Part shown: positions 1 to 10,563 of the stretch, piece after piece | How the letters are laid out: each line of letters opens with the position of its first letter | How positions within the stretch are numbered: position 1 is the stretch's first letter | From: Myxococcota bacterium | GTDB lineage: Bacteria > Myxococcota_A > Polyangia > Nannocystales > Nannocystaceae | DNA: 64,000 bases | Assembly (NCBI GenBank): GCA_039028615.1 | Contig: JBCCHT010000055.1 | Span: 1-64,000, forward strand | Direction of reading: 5' to 3' | Position numbers and translations under genes: made by a program | The notes under the pieces: generated by a model | Databases searched by the model: none | What the model was told of the DNA's origin: nothing | Seen by the model: the letters and a program-made list of their open reading frames with translations, nothing else

Positions 1-184
1 GGGGAGGGCTGAAGCGAAGCCGCGTAGGATGGAGGGGGCCCGGTCGCGCGGAGGCGGCCGCCGACAATCGTCGAGAAACACCCGAGTATCACGGCCGCCG
101 AGCACGTCCGGGGAGGGTTCCAGCCGTCAACAGGCGAGCCGCCCGCTCGAACAATCCCGCAAGCGCACCGCGAAGCACTCGCGC

Positions 185-922
185 CTACAACCCAACCTCC
201 GCCTGCCCCGCCATATCCGGCGTGTACCCCCCAGTCAGCAGATCATCGAGATCACAGTAGACCCAACTCCCCCCCCCATCCCCCGAAATCCGCGAAGCAT
301 AGTCGTAAACCCCCGCCGCACCGATCGCCAAGTCCCCCCAGTACTCGTCGTTATTCGGCTCCTTCGCATCGTCCCACCCCGGGTTGCCCATCCCCGCCAC
401 CCACGTCCACGAAGCCGCATCCCCCATCGACGGATTGCTCCCATCCGGCCCATACCCCATCTCCACCATCAGCTCCGGCGCCAGGTCATTCGATGAGCTC
501 TGATCGGTGAGCCCCTCGGCAAACAGCCGCACGTAGACCGTGAAGACCTCATCCACCGCCACGTCGACCGCAGGCGGGAACTGAAGGCGGCACCAGGACA
601 CGTCGTACTCGATCGTCGACCGCGTGTCCTCGGAGGTCTCCGGCTCGCCGCTGCTGCTGTCCGCCTCGCCCGTGGTGCCGCTGTCGCTGCCGTCAGTCGC
701 GGCCGTGGTCGCGCTGCCGCTCCCGCTCGAGTCCTCGGTGGGCGTCGCGGTGGTCCCGGAGCCCTGGTCGTCGGTGGTGGGCAGCGGGATGGTGGTCGCG
801 GTGGGGTCGGTATTTCCGGTGGTGGTCGTCGTCACCAAGCCGGTGGTGTCGTCCCCGGTGCCGGCCGTGCACCCCACGCTTGCCACGCACACACTCGTCA
901 CGAAGGTACGGATCCAAGCCAT
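185..922 (-). CDS. Hypothetical lipoprotein (Thr/Ser/Gly-rich linker plus C-terminal globular domain)
   Basis: Signal peptide with lipobox-like VASVGC, long T/S/G/D-rich linker, then a folded-looking domain (WCRLQFP...WVYCDLD). Confidence 0.75.
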   Translation of the reverse strand: MAWIRTFVTSVCVASVGCTAGTGDDTTGLVTTTTTGNTDPTATTIPLPTTDDQGSGTTATPTEDSSGSGSATTAATDGSDSGTTGEADSSSGEPETSEDTRSTIEYDVSWCRLQFPPAVDVAVDEVFTVYVRLFAEGLTDQSSSNDLAPELMVEMGYGPDGSNPSMGDAASWTWVAGMGNPGWDDAKEPNNDEYWGDLAIGAAGVYDYASRISGDGGGSWVYCDLDDLLTGGYTPDMAGQAEVGL

Positions 923-1002
923 GCTTCAGGCTTACCCCGAAGCCACGGCTCACGGCAACGCGCGGGGCCACATCGCCCCGCGCGCCCGCCCTCCGCCCGC
1001 GT

Positions 1003-4000
1003 TCAGGACACGGGCTCGATGATGCACAGCAGGTCGCCCGCCGTGATGTCGTCGTTGGCCGCAACCGCCAGCTTGGTCACCTTGCCCGCGACGGGCGAGG
1101 CCACGACGGTCTCCATCTTCATGGCCGACAGCACCACCAGGGGGTCGCCCGCGTCGACGGTGACGCCGACCTTCGTGCGCACGTCGATGACCAGGCCCGG
1201 CATGGGCGCGCCCACGGAGCCGGGGTCGCCCGGATCCGCCCGCTCCCGCACGACGACTTCCTTGCTCGCCTCGGCGTCGCGCACCCGGATGGTCCGCATG
1301 CGCCCGTTGAGCAGGAAGAACACCTCGCGGATGCCCTCGTCGTCGACCTGCCCCACGTTGTTCAGCTGCACGATGAGGGTCTTGCCGCGCTCGATCTCGA
1401 CGGCGGCCTCTTCCCCGACGGCCATGGGCGCGAAGCAGAAGCGAGTGGGCAGCACCGAGATGTCGCTATGCGCGATGCGGAACTGCATGTACTCGTCGAA
1501 GACCTTGGGATAGAGCGCCGCGCTGACGACGTCGATGTCCCGAATGCGAGGGCCGTGCTTGTCGTGCAGATCGGCCTTGAGCACCTTGAAGTCGAGGTCG
1601 GGCATCGAGGCACCGGGCCGGCCCTCGATGAGCGGCTCGTCGCGTACGACCTTGGCCCGCAGCTCCTCGGGGAATCCGCCGTAGGGGATGCCGAGATAGC
1701 CCTGGAAGTACTCGACCACGGAGCGCGGGAAGCTGAGCGTGGCCGCCTGCTCGAGCACGTCGTTCTCGCTCAGATCGTTCTGGACCATGAACTGGGCGAA
1801 GTCGCCGACGACCTTGGACGAGGGCGTCACCTTGACGACGTCGCCGAGCAACCGGTTGGCGGCCCCGTAGGCGCGCTTGATGGCGGGCCAGCGCTCGGCG
1901 AGACCGAGCTGCCGCGCCTGGAACTGCAGGTTGGTGTACTGCCCGCCCGGCATCTCGTGGAAGTAGACGTCGGCGCTACCGCTCTTGAGGCCGGACTCGA
2001 AGGGCGCGTACAGCTGCCGCGCCTGCTCCCAGTAATTCTCGAGGCCCTGGAGGCGCTCGAGGGTGAGCCCGGTGTCGCGAGCCGTGTCGCGGAGGGCGGC
2101 GACCACCGCTCCCATCGCGGGCTGCGAGGTCAGGCCGGCCATGGGCGCGAGCGCGAGGTCGACGACGTCGGCCCCCTCTTCGGCGCACGCGAGCATGCTG
2201 GCCACGCCGGTCGAGGCGGTGTCGTGGGTGTGCACGTGGATCGGCACGTCGGGGTAGGCCTCGCGCAGCGCCTTGACGAGCATCTTGCCCGCGCGCGGCT
2301 TGAGCAGGCCGGCCATGTCCTTGATGGCCAGAACGTGCGTGCCCATCTCGACGAGCTTGCCCGCCAGGTCCACGTAGTACTGCATGGAGTACTTGGTGCG
2401 GCGCGTGTCGGAGACGTCACCCGTGTAGCAGAGGCAGGCTTCGATGATGCCGCCCGCCTCGCCCACCGCATCCATGCCGAGCTTCAGGTTCTCGACGTAG
2501 TTGAGGCAGTCGAAGACGCGGAAGACGTCGATGCCCCGCGTGCACGCCTCGCGCACGAAGGTCTTGACCACGTTGTCGGGATAGTTGGTGTAGCCGACCG
2601 CGTTCGCTCCGCGCAGGAGCATCTGGAACGGGATGTTCGGCACCAGCTCGCGGAGCTTCTCGAGTCGGTCCCAGGGGTCCTCCCGCAGGAAGCGGAGGCA
2701 GACGTCGAAGGTCGCCCCGCCCCACATCTCGAGGCTGTAGGCGGGCGCCATCACGTGGGCGGTGGCCGGCGCGATCGCGGCGAGCTCGCGGGTCCGCACG
2801 CGGGTGGCGAGCAGCGACTGATGGGCGTCGCGCCACGTGGTGTCGGTGATGAGCAGCCCCTTGTGCTCGCGCACCGCCTTGGCGAACGCCTCCGGGCCCT
2901 TCTCCTTGTAGATGGCCCGCCAGCCCTGCGGTGGAGCCTCGACGGGGGACTCGGGCACCTCGGGCTCGACCTGCCCGGGGGGATCGGTGGAGGCCCACGG
3001 CGTCATCGGCCCGTTGACGACCTGCTCGCCGAGGTACCGCAGCAGTCGCATGCCGCGGTTGCGACGACGCGGGAAGCGGAACAGCCGCGGGGTGGAGTCG
3101 ATGAACGAGGTGTCGACCTCTCCGTTCAAGAACTCGTCGTGGCTGAGCACGTTCTGCAAGAACTGGATGTTGGTCTTGACCCCGCGGATGCGGAACTCGG
3201 CGAGCGCCCGCGCCACCTTCTGGGCCGCAGCCTCGAAGGTGAGCGCCCGGCCGATGACCTTGATGAGCAGCGAGTCGTAGTGGGGCAGGATCTCGGAGCC
3301 GCGGTAGCCGTCGCCACCGTCGAGCCGCACGCCGAAGCCCGAGCCGGTGCGGAACTCCTCGATGCGCCCCGTGTCGGGCTGGAAGCTGCGCAGCGGGTCT
3401 TCGGTGGTGACGCGGCACTGCAAGGCGTAGCCACGCGCGGTGATCTTGTCCTGGGTGAGGCCGAGCTCGGGCAGGGTGGCCCCGCCCGCGATGAGGATCT
3501 GCGACTGCACGAGGTCGACGCCCGTCACCTCCTCGGTGACGGTGTGCTCGACCTGAATCCGCGGGTTGGCCTCGATGAAGTAGTGGCGGTCCTGCTGATC
3601 GACGAGGAACTCGAAGGTGCCCGCGCACTCGTAGCCCACCGCCTTGGCCAGGCGCACCGCGTCGGCGGTGAGGGCATCGCGAACCTCGGGGTTGAGCCCG
3701 CGGGCGGGCGCGATCTCGACGACCTTCTGGTGACGACGCTGCACGGAGCAATCTCGCTCGAACAGGTGCACGACGTTGCCCTCGCGGTCGCCGAGGATCT
3801 GGACCTCGATATGCCGCGGCTTCTCGACGAAGCGCTCGATGAACACGGTGCCGTCGCCGAACGCGGCCTCGGCCTCGGAGGTCGCGCGAAAGAACGAGTC
3901 CTCGAGTTCGTCGGAGCTCCGCACCACTCGCATACCGCGACCACCACCGCCCTTGGCGGCCTTGATCATCAGCGGGTAGCCGACCTCGTCGGCGAAGGCT

Positions 4001-4461
4001 CGGGCGTCTTGGACGTTGCCCACCGCGTCGGGCGTTCCGGGAATGACCGGCACCTTGGCGGCCTGGGCCATGCGACGCCCCTCGGTCTTGTCGCCGAGGT
4101 TGCGCAGCACCTCCGCGGGCGGGCCCACGAACATGATGCCCGCGTCGGCGCAGGCCTGGGCGAGGTCGGCGTTCTCGGACAAGAAGCCGTAGCCGGGATG
4201 AATGGCATCGACCCCGTTCTCGAGCGCGACTTGGATGATCTCGGGGATCCCCAAGTACGCACCCACGGCGGACTTGCCCTTCCCGACGAGGTACGACTCG
4301 TCGGCCTTGTAGCGGTGAAGGTGCAGACGATCTTCGTGGCTGAAGATGGCCACCGTTCCAATCCCGAGCTCGGTCGCGGCCCGAAACACACGGATCGCAA
4401 TCTCTCCCCGGTTGGCGCAGAGGATCTTCTTGATGGGTCTAGACGGCGCGACGTCGGACAT
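1003..4461 (-). CDS. pyc: Pyruvate carboxylase
   Basis: Biotin carboxylase N-terminus (ANRGEIAIR, HPGYGFLSEN, RDCSVQRRHQK), carboxyltransferase (RDAHQSL, EMWGGATFD, IKDMAGL, HTHDT), biotin carrier AMKM; ATG 4461 chosen as start. Confidence 0.97.
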   Translation of the reverse strand: MSDVAPSRPIKKILCANRGEIAIRVFRAATELGIGTVAIFSHEDRLHLHRYKADESYLVGKGKSAVGAYLGIPEIIQVALENGVDAIHPGYGFLSENADLAQACADAGIMFVGPPAEVLRNLGDKTEGRRMAQAAKVPVIPGTPDAVGNVQDARAFADEVGYPLMIKAAKGGGGRGMRVVRSSDELEDSFFRATSEAEAAFGDGTVFIERFVEKPRHIEVQILGDREGNVVHLFERDCSVQRRHQKVVEIAPARGLNPEVRDALTADAVRLAKAVGYECAGTFEFLVDQQDRHYFIEANPRIQVEHTVTEEVTGVDLVQSQILIAGGATLPELGLTQDKITARGYALQCRVTTEDPLRSFQPDTGRIEEFRTGSGFGVRLDGGDGYRGSEILPHYDSLLIKVIGRALTFEAAAQKVARALAEFRIRGVKTNIQFLQNVLSHDEFLNGEVDTSFIDSTPRLFRFPRRRNRGMRLLRYLGEQVVNGPMTPWASTDPPGQVEPEVPESPVEAPPQGWRAIYKEKGPEAFAKAVREHKGLLITDTTWRDAHQSLLATRVRTRELAAIAPATAHVMAPAYSLEMWGGATFDVCLRFLREDPWDRLEKLRELVPNIPFQMLLRGANAVGYTNYPDNVVKTFVREACTRGIDVFRVFDCLNYVENLKLGMDAVGEAGGIIEACLCYTGDVSDTRRTKYSMQYYVDLAGKLVEMGTHVLAIKDMAGLLKPRAGKMLVKALREAYPDVPIHVHTHDTASTGVASMLACAEEGADVVDLALAPMAGLTSQPAMGAVVAALRDTARDTGLTLERLQGLENYWEQARQLYAPFESGLKSGSADVYFHEMPGGQYTNLQFQARQLGLAERWPAIKRAYGAANRLLGDVVKVTPSSKVVGDFAQFMVQNDLSENDVLEQAATLSFPRSVVEYFQGYLGIPYGGFPEELRAKVVRDEPLIEGRPGASMPDLDFKVLKADLHDKHGPRIRDIDVVSAALYPKVFDEYMQFRIAHSDISVLPTRFCFAPMAVGEEAAVEIERGKTLIVQLNNVGQVDDEGIREVFFLLNGRMRTIRVRDAEASKEVVVRERADPGDPGSVGAPMPGLVIDVRTKVGVTVDAGDPLVVLSAMKMETVVASPVAGKVTKLAVAANDDITAGDLLCIIEPVS

Positions 4462-4528
4462 GGCGGCGAAGCGGCAGCCTGGTGAACCCGGCCATCCACT
4501 GCCGGTCGGGCACCGCGTCACGGTTCTA

Positions 4529-5362
4529 TCATGGGCGCCGCGTCGGGTCGTCCATCCTCAGCTCGATCATCGAATTGTCGTGTCCAGCTGGATCCTGAAA
4601 TACCCCAGCCTCCATGAGGATCTGCAGGATCGGAGTACTCACCGCGATGCATAAATCGAGCACGTTGTCCTGGCCCGCTTCGGCGTAGTCCGACGCATGG
4701 TCGTCGAACGCCACCGGGTGATGCGTAGTGCCGTCTTTGGCTCGCAACCGAACCCGTGCTCGATCCTCGGGCTCGACCCCTCGCAGCTCGTCACTCCAAT
4801 ACGTTCGAAGTCGAGTGGGATGGCCTTCGCAACGTCCCGGACCCGACGGCAACATCGTGGCCGCGAGCACCCGCGGGGGTGCCGCGAAGGGCTCGATGGC
4901 CGCACCGAGCCCCGTAAGGCGGTTTCCGTCTTCGGAAAAGAGTGGACCCCCTACCGCGACATGGGTGGGCTGCCCCTCGTCGGTAGCTTCGCCGAAGTCT
5001 CCGATGAGCAACACGCTGCGGTTCTCGTCGTCCTCGTTCGCCGGGGCCAACAAGGCTCGCTGCGGTCGCACGGGACCTCGGGTCGCACGACTGACCACGA
5101 AGACCCGCGGGTCGAGGGCCGCCGCGTCCACCTCGACGTTGAACACGACGAGGATGGAATCGAGTCCGTCCAGCTCGGGGTCGTCGACCCGAGAACAATG
5201 TGCAGCGAGGATGGCCGGGCGAGTCGTGGGATCCGCGCTGGGCTCGGGCGGAGGCTCGCGGCGCGCGAGACCGGGCGAGGCCGCGGGCGCGGGCGAGAAC
5301 CATCCGCAGCCGACCGCTCCCACGAGGGCTGGGGCCAAGAGCCACGACCGAGCTCGATTCAT
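4529..5362 (-). CDS. Hypothetical lipoprotein
   Basis: MNRARSWLLAPALVGAVGC lipoprotein signal; divergent from miaE; start trimmed from the ORF track. Confidence 0.65.
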   Translation of the reverse strand: MNRARSWLLAPALVGAVGCGWFSPAPAASPGLARREPPPEPSADPTTRPAILAAHCSRVDDPELDGLDSILVVFNVEVDAAALDPRVFVVSRATRGPVRPQRALLAPANEDDENRSVLLIGDFGEATDEGQPTHVAVGGPLFSEDGNRLTGLGAAIEPFAAPPRVLAATMLPSGPGRCEGHPTRLRTYWSDELRGVEPEDRARVRLRAKDGTTHHPVAFDDHASDYAEAGQDNVLDLCIAVSTPILQILMEAGVFQDPAGHDNSMIELRMDDPTRRP

Positions 5363-5510
5363 CGACGACGAGCGTAGCAGGCCAAACCCGCGGCTACGCG
5401 CGATACCCGGGGTGAAGATCTCTTCCGGGCAACCCGTCGGTGCGCACACTCCGCGAAGCCGCGAGCACCACCTGTGGTCACGCGACGGTGAGGCGGTACC
5501 CTGCGCGCCC

Positions 5511-6134
5511 GTGCTGCACCTCGCCTCGCACACCGGCCCCGTGTGGGATCGCTGGGCCCTCGACCACCTCGACATGCTGGTCCTGGACCATGCGCACTGC
5601 GAGAAGAAAGCGGCCTCGACCGCGATCAATTTGATCTTCCGCTACACGCATGTGGTCGCGTTGATGGAGCCGCTGTCGCGGCTGGCCCGAGAAGAGCTGT
5701 CGCACTTCGAGTTGGTGCTCGAGCACCTGCATCGGCGGGGCACGGGCTTCGAACGGCTGCAGCCGAGCCCCTACGCGGCGTCGCTCATGGAGATCTGTCG
5801 GCGCCCCGAGCCGGAGCGCTTGCTCGACACGCTGCTGTGCTGCTCGATGATCGAAGCGCGGAGCTGCGAACGCATGCAGCGGCTGCACGAGGCCTTGCAA
5901 GCGCGCGACGAGGCGGGCGACGAAGCGGCCGACCCCGCCCTCACCGCGCTGTACGGCAGCCTGCTCGCCAGCGAGGCGCGGCATCACGCCAGCTACGTCG
6001 ACCTCGCGCGCGGGCTCGGGCTCGCCGACGAGCCACAGCTCAAGCAGCGCCTCGAGCAGGTGGCCGCCCACGAAGCCGAGGTCATCGCCCATGCGCCGCT
6101 CGAGCCTCGGCTGCACAACGGCCCCGTTGCCTGA
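5511..6134 (+). CDS. miaE: tRNA-(ms2io6A37) hydroxylase, ferritin-like diiron enzyme
   Basis: DHAHCEKKAA, REELSHFE, IEARSCER and SEARHH motifs; GTG start at 5511. Confidence 0.92.
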   Translation: MLHLASHTGPVWDRWALDHLDMLVLDHAHCEKKAASTAINLIFRYTHVVALMEPLSRLAREELSHFELVLEHLHRRGTGFERLQPSPYAASLMEICRRPEPERLLDTLLCCSMIEARSCERMQRLHEALQARDEAGDEAADPALTALYGSLLASEARHHASYVDLARGLGLADEPQLKQRLEQVAAHEAEVIAHAPLEPRLHNGPVA

Positions 6135-6152
6135 GCTGATATACCCAGCCGG

Positions 6153-6626
6153 GTGAGCGACGACCCCCGTCCCTTTCGGATCCTCGGCCTCCAGCAGATC
6201 GCGATCGGCGGCCTCGACAAAGGCGAGCTGCGCTCGCTGTGGAGCGACCTGCTCGGCGTGCCCACGCGCGGCACCTATCGCTCCGAGAAGGAGAACGTGG
6301 ACGAGGACATCCTGGTGCTCGGCCATGGGCTCGGTGAGGTCGAGCTCGACCTGATGCAGCCGATCGATGCCGAGGGTCGACCGCGGGTGCATCAGCCTCC
6401 GCTCAATCACCTGGGGCTGTGGGTCGACGACCTCCCCGCCGCGGTGGCGTGGCTCGAGCAGCGCGGTGTGCGCTTCACACCGGGCGGGATTCGCAAGGGC
6501 GCGGCCGGGCACGACGTGTGCTTCATTCACCCCAAGGGTTCCGAGGCGGCGCCGCAGGGCGGACGCGGTGTGCTCATCGAGCTGGTCCAGGCCCCGCCCG
6601 CGGTCATCGAAGGCGCACCGCAGTAG
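6153..6626 (+). CDS. VOC/glyoxalase-family protein (methylmalonyl-CoA epimerase-like)
   Basis: [24 protein letters not shown] and GVLIELVQ motifs. Confidence 0.85.
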   Translation: MSDDPRPFRILGLQQIAIGGLDKGELRSLWSDLLGVPTRGTYRSEKENVDEDILVLGHGLGEVELDLMQPIDAEGRPRVHQPPLNHLGLWVDDLPAAVAWLEQRGVRFTPGGIRKGAAGHDVCFIHPKGSEAAPQGGRGVLIELVQAPPAVIEGAPQ

Positions 6627-6667
6627 CGCTGGACCGCGGGCGAACCTTTCTGCGAAGCTCCGAGCGT

Positions 6668-7621
6668 ATGCCCCGCCGTCGCCGGTTCTATATGGATTTC
6701 GAGCCCTTCGACTCGGGCTTCATGAAGGTCTCCGACCTTCACACCATCTATTACGAACAATCGGGCAACCCGAAGGGCAAGCCGGTCGTGTTCGTGCACG
6801 GGGGCCCGGGCGGCGGCACCGATCCCAAGCAGCGGCGCTTCTTCGATCCGCAGGCCTACCGGATCATCCTGTTCGACCAGCGCGGCTGCGGTCGCAGCAC
6901 GCCGCACGCCGAGCTCACCGACAACACCACGTGGCACCTCATCGCCGACATGGAGGCGATTCGAGAGAAACTCGGCATCGACAAGTGGCAGGTCTTCGGC
7001 GGCTCGTGGGGCAGCACGCTGGCGCTGGCCTACGCCGAGAAGCACCCCGAGCGGGTCACCGAGCTCGTGCTGCGCGGCATCTTCATGCTGCGCAACAAGG
7101 AGCTGCGGTGGTTCTACCAAGAGGGCGCCTCGGCGATCTTCCCCGACACCTGGGAGAGCTACGTCGCCGCCATCCCGCCCGAGGAGCGCGGGGACTTGAT
7201 GAAGGCGTACTACGAGCGCCTGACCTCCGACGACCCCGCCGTCCGTCTCGCCGCCGCGCAGGCGTGGAGCGTGTGGGAAGCCAGCACGAGCTTCCTGATG
7301 CAGTCCAAGGACTACATGGTCCACGCGGGAGAGGGCGAGTTCGCGCTGGCCTTCGCGCGCATCGAGTGCCATTACTTCGTCAACGGCGGCTTCTTCGAGG
7401 TCGAAGACCAGCTGCTGCGCGACATCGACAAGATTCGCCACATCCCCACCGTCATCGTGCAGGGCCGCTACGACGTGGTCTGCCCCATGATGTCGGCCTG
7501 GGATCTCCACCGCGCGTTCCCGGAGTCGGAGCTCAAGATCATCCCCGATGCCGGTCACTCCGCCTACGAGCCCGGCATCGTCGATGCGCTGATCGAGGCC
7601 ACCGACCGCTTCCGCGGCTGA
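6668..7621 (+). CDS. pip: Prolyl aminopeptidase (S33), copy 1
   Basis: HGGPGGG, FDQRGCGRS, nucleophile GGSWG, GRYD, AGHS; ATG 6668. Confidence 0.95.
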   Translation: MPRRRRFYMDFEPFDSGFMKVSDLHTIYYEQSGNPKGKPVVFVHGGPGGGTDPKQRRFFDPQAYRIILFDQRGCGRSTPHAELTDNTTWHLIADMEAIREKLGIDKWQVFGGSWGSTLALAYAEKHPERVTELVLRGIFMLRNKELRWFYQEGASAIFPDTWESYVAAIPPEERGDLMKAYYERLTSDDPAVRLAAAQAWSVWEASTSFLMQSKDYMVHAGEGEFALAFARIECHYFVNGGFFEVEDQLLRDIDKIRHIPTVIVQGRYDVVCPMMSAWDLHRAFPESELKIIPDAGHSAYEPGIVDALIEATDRFRG

Positions 7622-7700
7622 CAGTGGCCGCCCACCGGGCTCCCCCCGAGCCCGTGCTCGTGCCCTTGCCCCGACCGGCCGGGCCTGAGAAGCTCACGCC

Positions 7701-8654
7701 GTGAGTGCACGGCGAAGCCTCTACCCCGAGATCGAGCCCTACGACACCGGCAAGCTGGCCGTCTCGGACCTGCATTCCATCTACTACGAGCAGTGCGGCA
7801 ACCCGAAGGGCAAGCCGGTCGTGTTCTTGCACGGCGGCCCCGGTGGCGGCATCGAGCCTCGTCATCGCTGCTTCTTCGATCCGCAGGCGTATCGGATCAT
7901 CTTGTTCGACCAGCGGGGCTGCGGTCGCTCGACGCCCTTCGCCTCGCTCGTCGACAACACCACCGATCATCTCGTGCAGGACATCGAGACCCTGCGTGAG
8001 CACCTGGGCATCGAAAAGTGGCAGGTCTTCGGTGGCTCGTGGGGCAGCACGCTGGCGCTAGCCTACGCGCAGAAGCACCGCGAGCGCGTGACCGAGATGG
8101 TCCTGCGGGGGATCTTCACCTTTGCCCCCGACGAGATGGACTGGTTTTACATCAACGGCACGCGGGTGCTCTTTCCCGATGCCTACGAAGACTTCGTCGG
8201 CGAGCTGCCGCCGGAGGAACGCGACGACTTGATCGGCGCGTATCACCGCCGCCTCACGAGCGACGACCCCGAGGTGCGCCGCAAAGCGGCCAAGGCGTGG
8301 AGCATGTGGGAATGCCGCGTGGCGACGCTGCTGCCCGACGAAGGCTTGGTCGCCCACTGTGAAGACGCCTCGTTCACGCTGGCCTTCGCTCGCATCGAGT
8401 GCCACTACTTCGTCCATAGCGGCTTCTTCGGCTCGCCCACGCAGCTGCTCGACAACATGGAGTCCTTGGCCGGCATCCCGGCCGTCATCGTGCACGGCCG
8501 CTACGACGTCATTTGTCCGCCGCGCAACGCATGGCGTCTGCACAAGGCTTGGCCCGGCTCACAGCTCGAATTGGTGCCGGATGCGGGACACTCCGCCAAC
8601 GAGCCCGGCATCTCTTCGGCCCTCGTTCGCGCCACCGATCAATTCCGCCCCTAG
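7701..8654 (+). CDS. pip: Prolyl aminopeptidase (S33), copy 2
   Basis: Same HGGPG/GGSWG/GRYD/AGHS motifs; tandem paralogue. Confidence 0.95.
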   Translation: MSARRSLYPEIEPYDTGKLAVSDLHSIYYEQCGNPKGKPVVFLHGGPGGGIEPRHRCFFDPQAYRIILFDQRGCGRSTPFASLVDNTTDHLVQDIETLREHLGIEKWQVFGGSWGSTLALAYAQKHRERVTEMVLRGIFTFAPDEMDWFYINGTRVLFPDAYEDFVGELPPEERDDLIGAYHRRLTSDDPEVRRKAAKAWSMWECRVATLLPDEGLVAHCEDASFTLAFARIECHYFVHSGFFGSPTQLLDNMESLAGIPAVIVHGRYDVICPPRNAWRLHKAWPGSQLELVPDAGHSANEPGISSALVRATDQFRP

Positions 8655-8717
8655 ATGGTCCGCGTACCGGGCCATCGCCCGCTTGCGTGACGCGGCGGCG
8701 GTGGCTCACGATGGCTC

Positions 8718-9374
8718 ATGCTCCGCGCTCCGCTGTCGCTTCTCGTCCTGGTCTGTGCGTGCTCCACCGCGAGCACGGTGACCGAAGACAGTCAGACCCC
8801 CGCGGCCGGAGCCTCCAGCTACACCGCGGCCGGGGCTGAGCACACCGCCCTCGCCCCCGAGCTGACCGCCATCGCACGCTCGGAGGGCACCATCGACAAG
8901 ATCAACCTGCGCCTCGATGCCGATGGCAAGGTCGTCAAGCAGTCGGTCTATCACCACGACGAGACGGCCGTGCCCGCGGCGGTGCGCGACCTGGCCAAGG
9001 AGCGCTTCGGCGACGCGCCCATCCGCTCGTACGAGACCGAGGTCTACGCCGACCTGGGCCTGGTGTTCGAGGTCGAGGTCGACCAGGACGGCAGCGGCTG
9101 CGAGCTCGCGGCCACCGAGGACGGCACCGAGCTGTACACCGAGTGCCGCGTCGACCCGGCGACGCTGAGCGATGCGATCAAGGCGAGCATCGAGAAGACC
9201 GCCCCCGGCGGCAAGATCCTCGAGGCGGAGTCGAAGTCGGGGCCGAGCGTCGACGACGAGACCACGGTCGAGGTCGAGACGGGCGATCGGGAGCTGTACA
9301 TTCGCATGAAGGCCGACGGCACCGTGATCCAGGTGCTTCGCCGCGTGCCCGCGGTCATCGAAGTCCCCCTGTGA
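8718..9374 (+). CDS. Hypothetical lipoprotein, PepSY/BLIP-like repeats
   Basis: LVCAC lipobox; repeated VPAAV...F(E)VEV and LSDAIK...ILEAE...VEVE pattern. Confidence 0.65.
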   Translation: MLRAPLSLLVLVCACSTASTVTEDSQTPAAGASSYTAAGAEHTALAPELTAIARSEGTIDKINLRLDADGKVVKQSVYHHDETAVPAAVRDLAKERFGDAPIRSYETEVYADLGLVFEVEVDQDGSGCELAATEDGTELYTECRVDPATLSDAIKASIEKTAPGGKILEAESKSGPSVDDETTVEVETGDRELYIRMKADGTVIQVLRRVPAVIEVPL

Positions 9375-9695
9375 CGATCGAAGACGGCGGCGGCCCGGGA
9401 TGTCGCCGCACGGGGAGGTCGGTGCGAAGCACACACGCCCCGTCGACGGCACCGCATGGATACAGCTCGGTGATTGCCTGACGAAACGAGGGCTCTTCTC
9501 CATCGAGTCGGGCTCACGTGACGGATCGCGCGCGCGCTCGCCCTTGCGAAGAGGCGGCCGTAGGCACGGAGAAAAGGGGGTCTTCCGCCGTTTTCCGTCG
9601 GTTCCGTCCGCTTGCACCAGAGCCGTACTCCTGCCGAGCGCCGAATAAATGGTGCACGGATGAAAGGATCGCCGAAGGGTCGTCATAACCCCGCC

Positions 9696-10244
9696 GTGAA
9701 CATCGACTTCAAGCGATTCCTCGCCGCCGCGGCGCTGCTCAGTGGAGCGAGCGCGTGTGACCTGCTCGACGACGAGGAGGAGACCGGAGGGGGCGGAACC
9801 GACACCCCCGCGACCTCCACCGACGACCCGGGCACGGGCGGCACCGCGGGCTCGAACGCCACGACGGACGCGGGCGCCACCGAAGAGCCCGCGGACACGG
9901 GCAGCACCGCAGCCGCCGACGAAGGCTCGAGCGGCGCGGGCGAGGACACCGAAGGCCCCTTCGTCTGCGAGGACGGTGGCGAGCTCAGCGACATGCAGAT
10001 CTGCGATGGCGTCCCCGACTGCGAGGGCGGAGAGGACGAGGCCGGGCCGGGCTGTGGCTTCGAATGCGACGATGGCGAGACGATCCCCGAGAGCTGGGTC
10101 TGCGACGAGGCCGAGGACTGTGCGGGCGGCGAGGACGAGCTCGAGTGTGGGTTCATCTGCGGCGACGGCGAAGAGATTCCCATCGAGTGGGTGTGCGACA
10201 TGCGAGCGGACTGCAAGGACGGCAGCGACGAAGCCGACTGCTGA
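9696..10244 (+). CDS. Lipoprotein with three LDL-receptor class A-like repeats
   Basis: GASAC lipobox, T/G-rich linker, three FxCxDG...CDxxxDCxxGxDE...C units. Confidence 0.85.
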   Translation: MNIDFKRFLAAAALLSGASACDLLDDEEETGGGGTDTPATSTDDPGTGGTAGSNATTDAGATEEPADTGSTAAADEGSSGAGEDTEGPFVCEDGGELSDMQICDGVPDCEGGEDEAGPGCGFECDDGETIPESWVCDEAEDCAGGEDELECGFICGDGEEIPIEWVCDMRADCKDGSDEADC

Positions 10245-10563
10245 GTCCCGCGCCCGGGCTCGGATCGCTCCGACCCGGTCGTACTGACACCGAGACGGGG
10301 AGGCCGCGGGCGTGGTCTCCCCGTTTGCGCGATGCGCCACACTCGACTCAGCTGTCAAAAGTAATGCGCGACGGGTGGTCGTCGCGTCGCCCATGTCGAT
10401 TTCCGCTCGAATCCAGTGACGATCATGCGTTGAGCCCCGAACTTCATTGAGGACGTACTCCCGAGTCGGCACGATGGGAGCGTGGTGATTGGTAGTGGCA
10501 AGGGCGCGGCCCTTGCGTAGCTCGCTCGTAGACCATCGACCTCGCCATCGCGATTGGAGTGCC

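Noticed and set aside
880..4485. 1201-aa ORF on the + strand
   Set aside because: Antisense shadow of pyc, a common high-GC codon-bias artefact; no recognisable motifs
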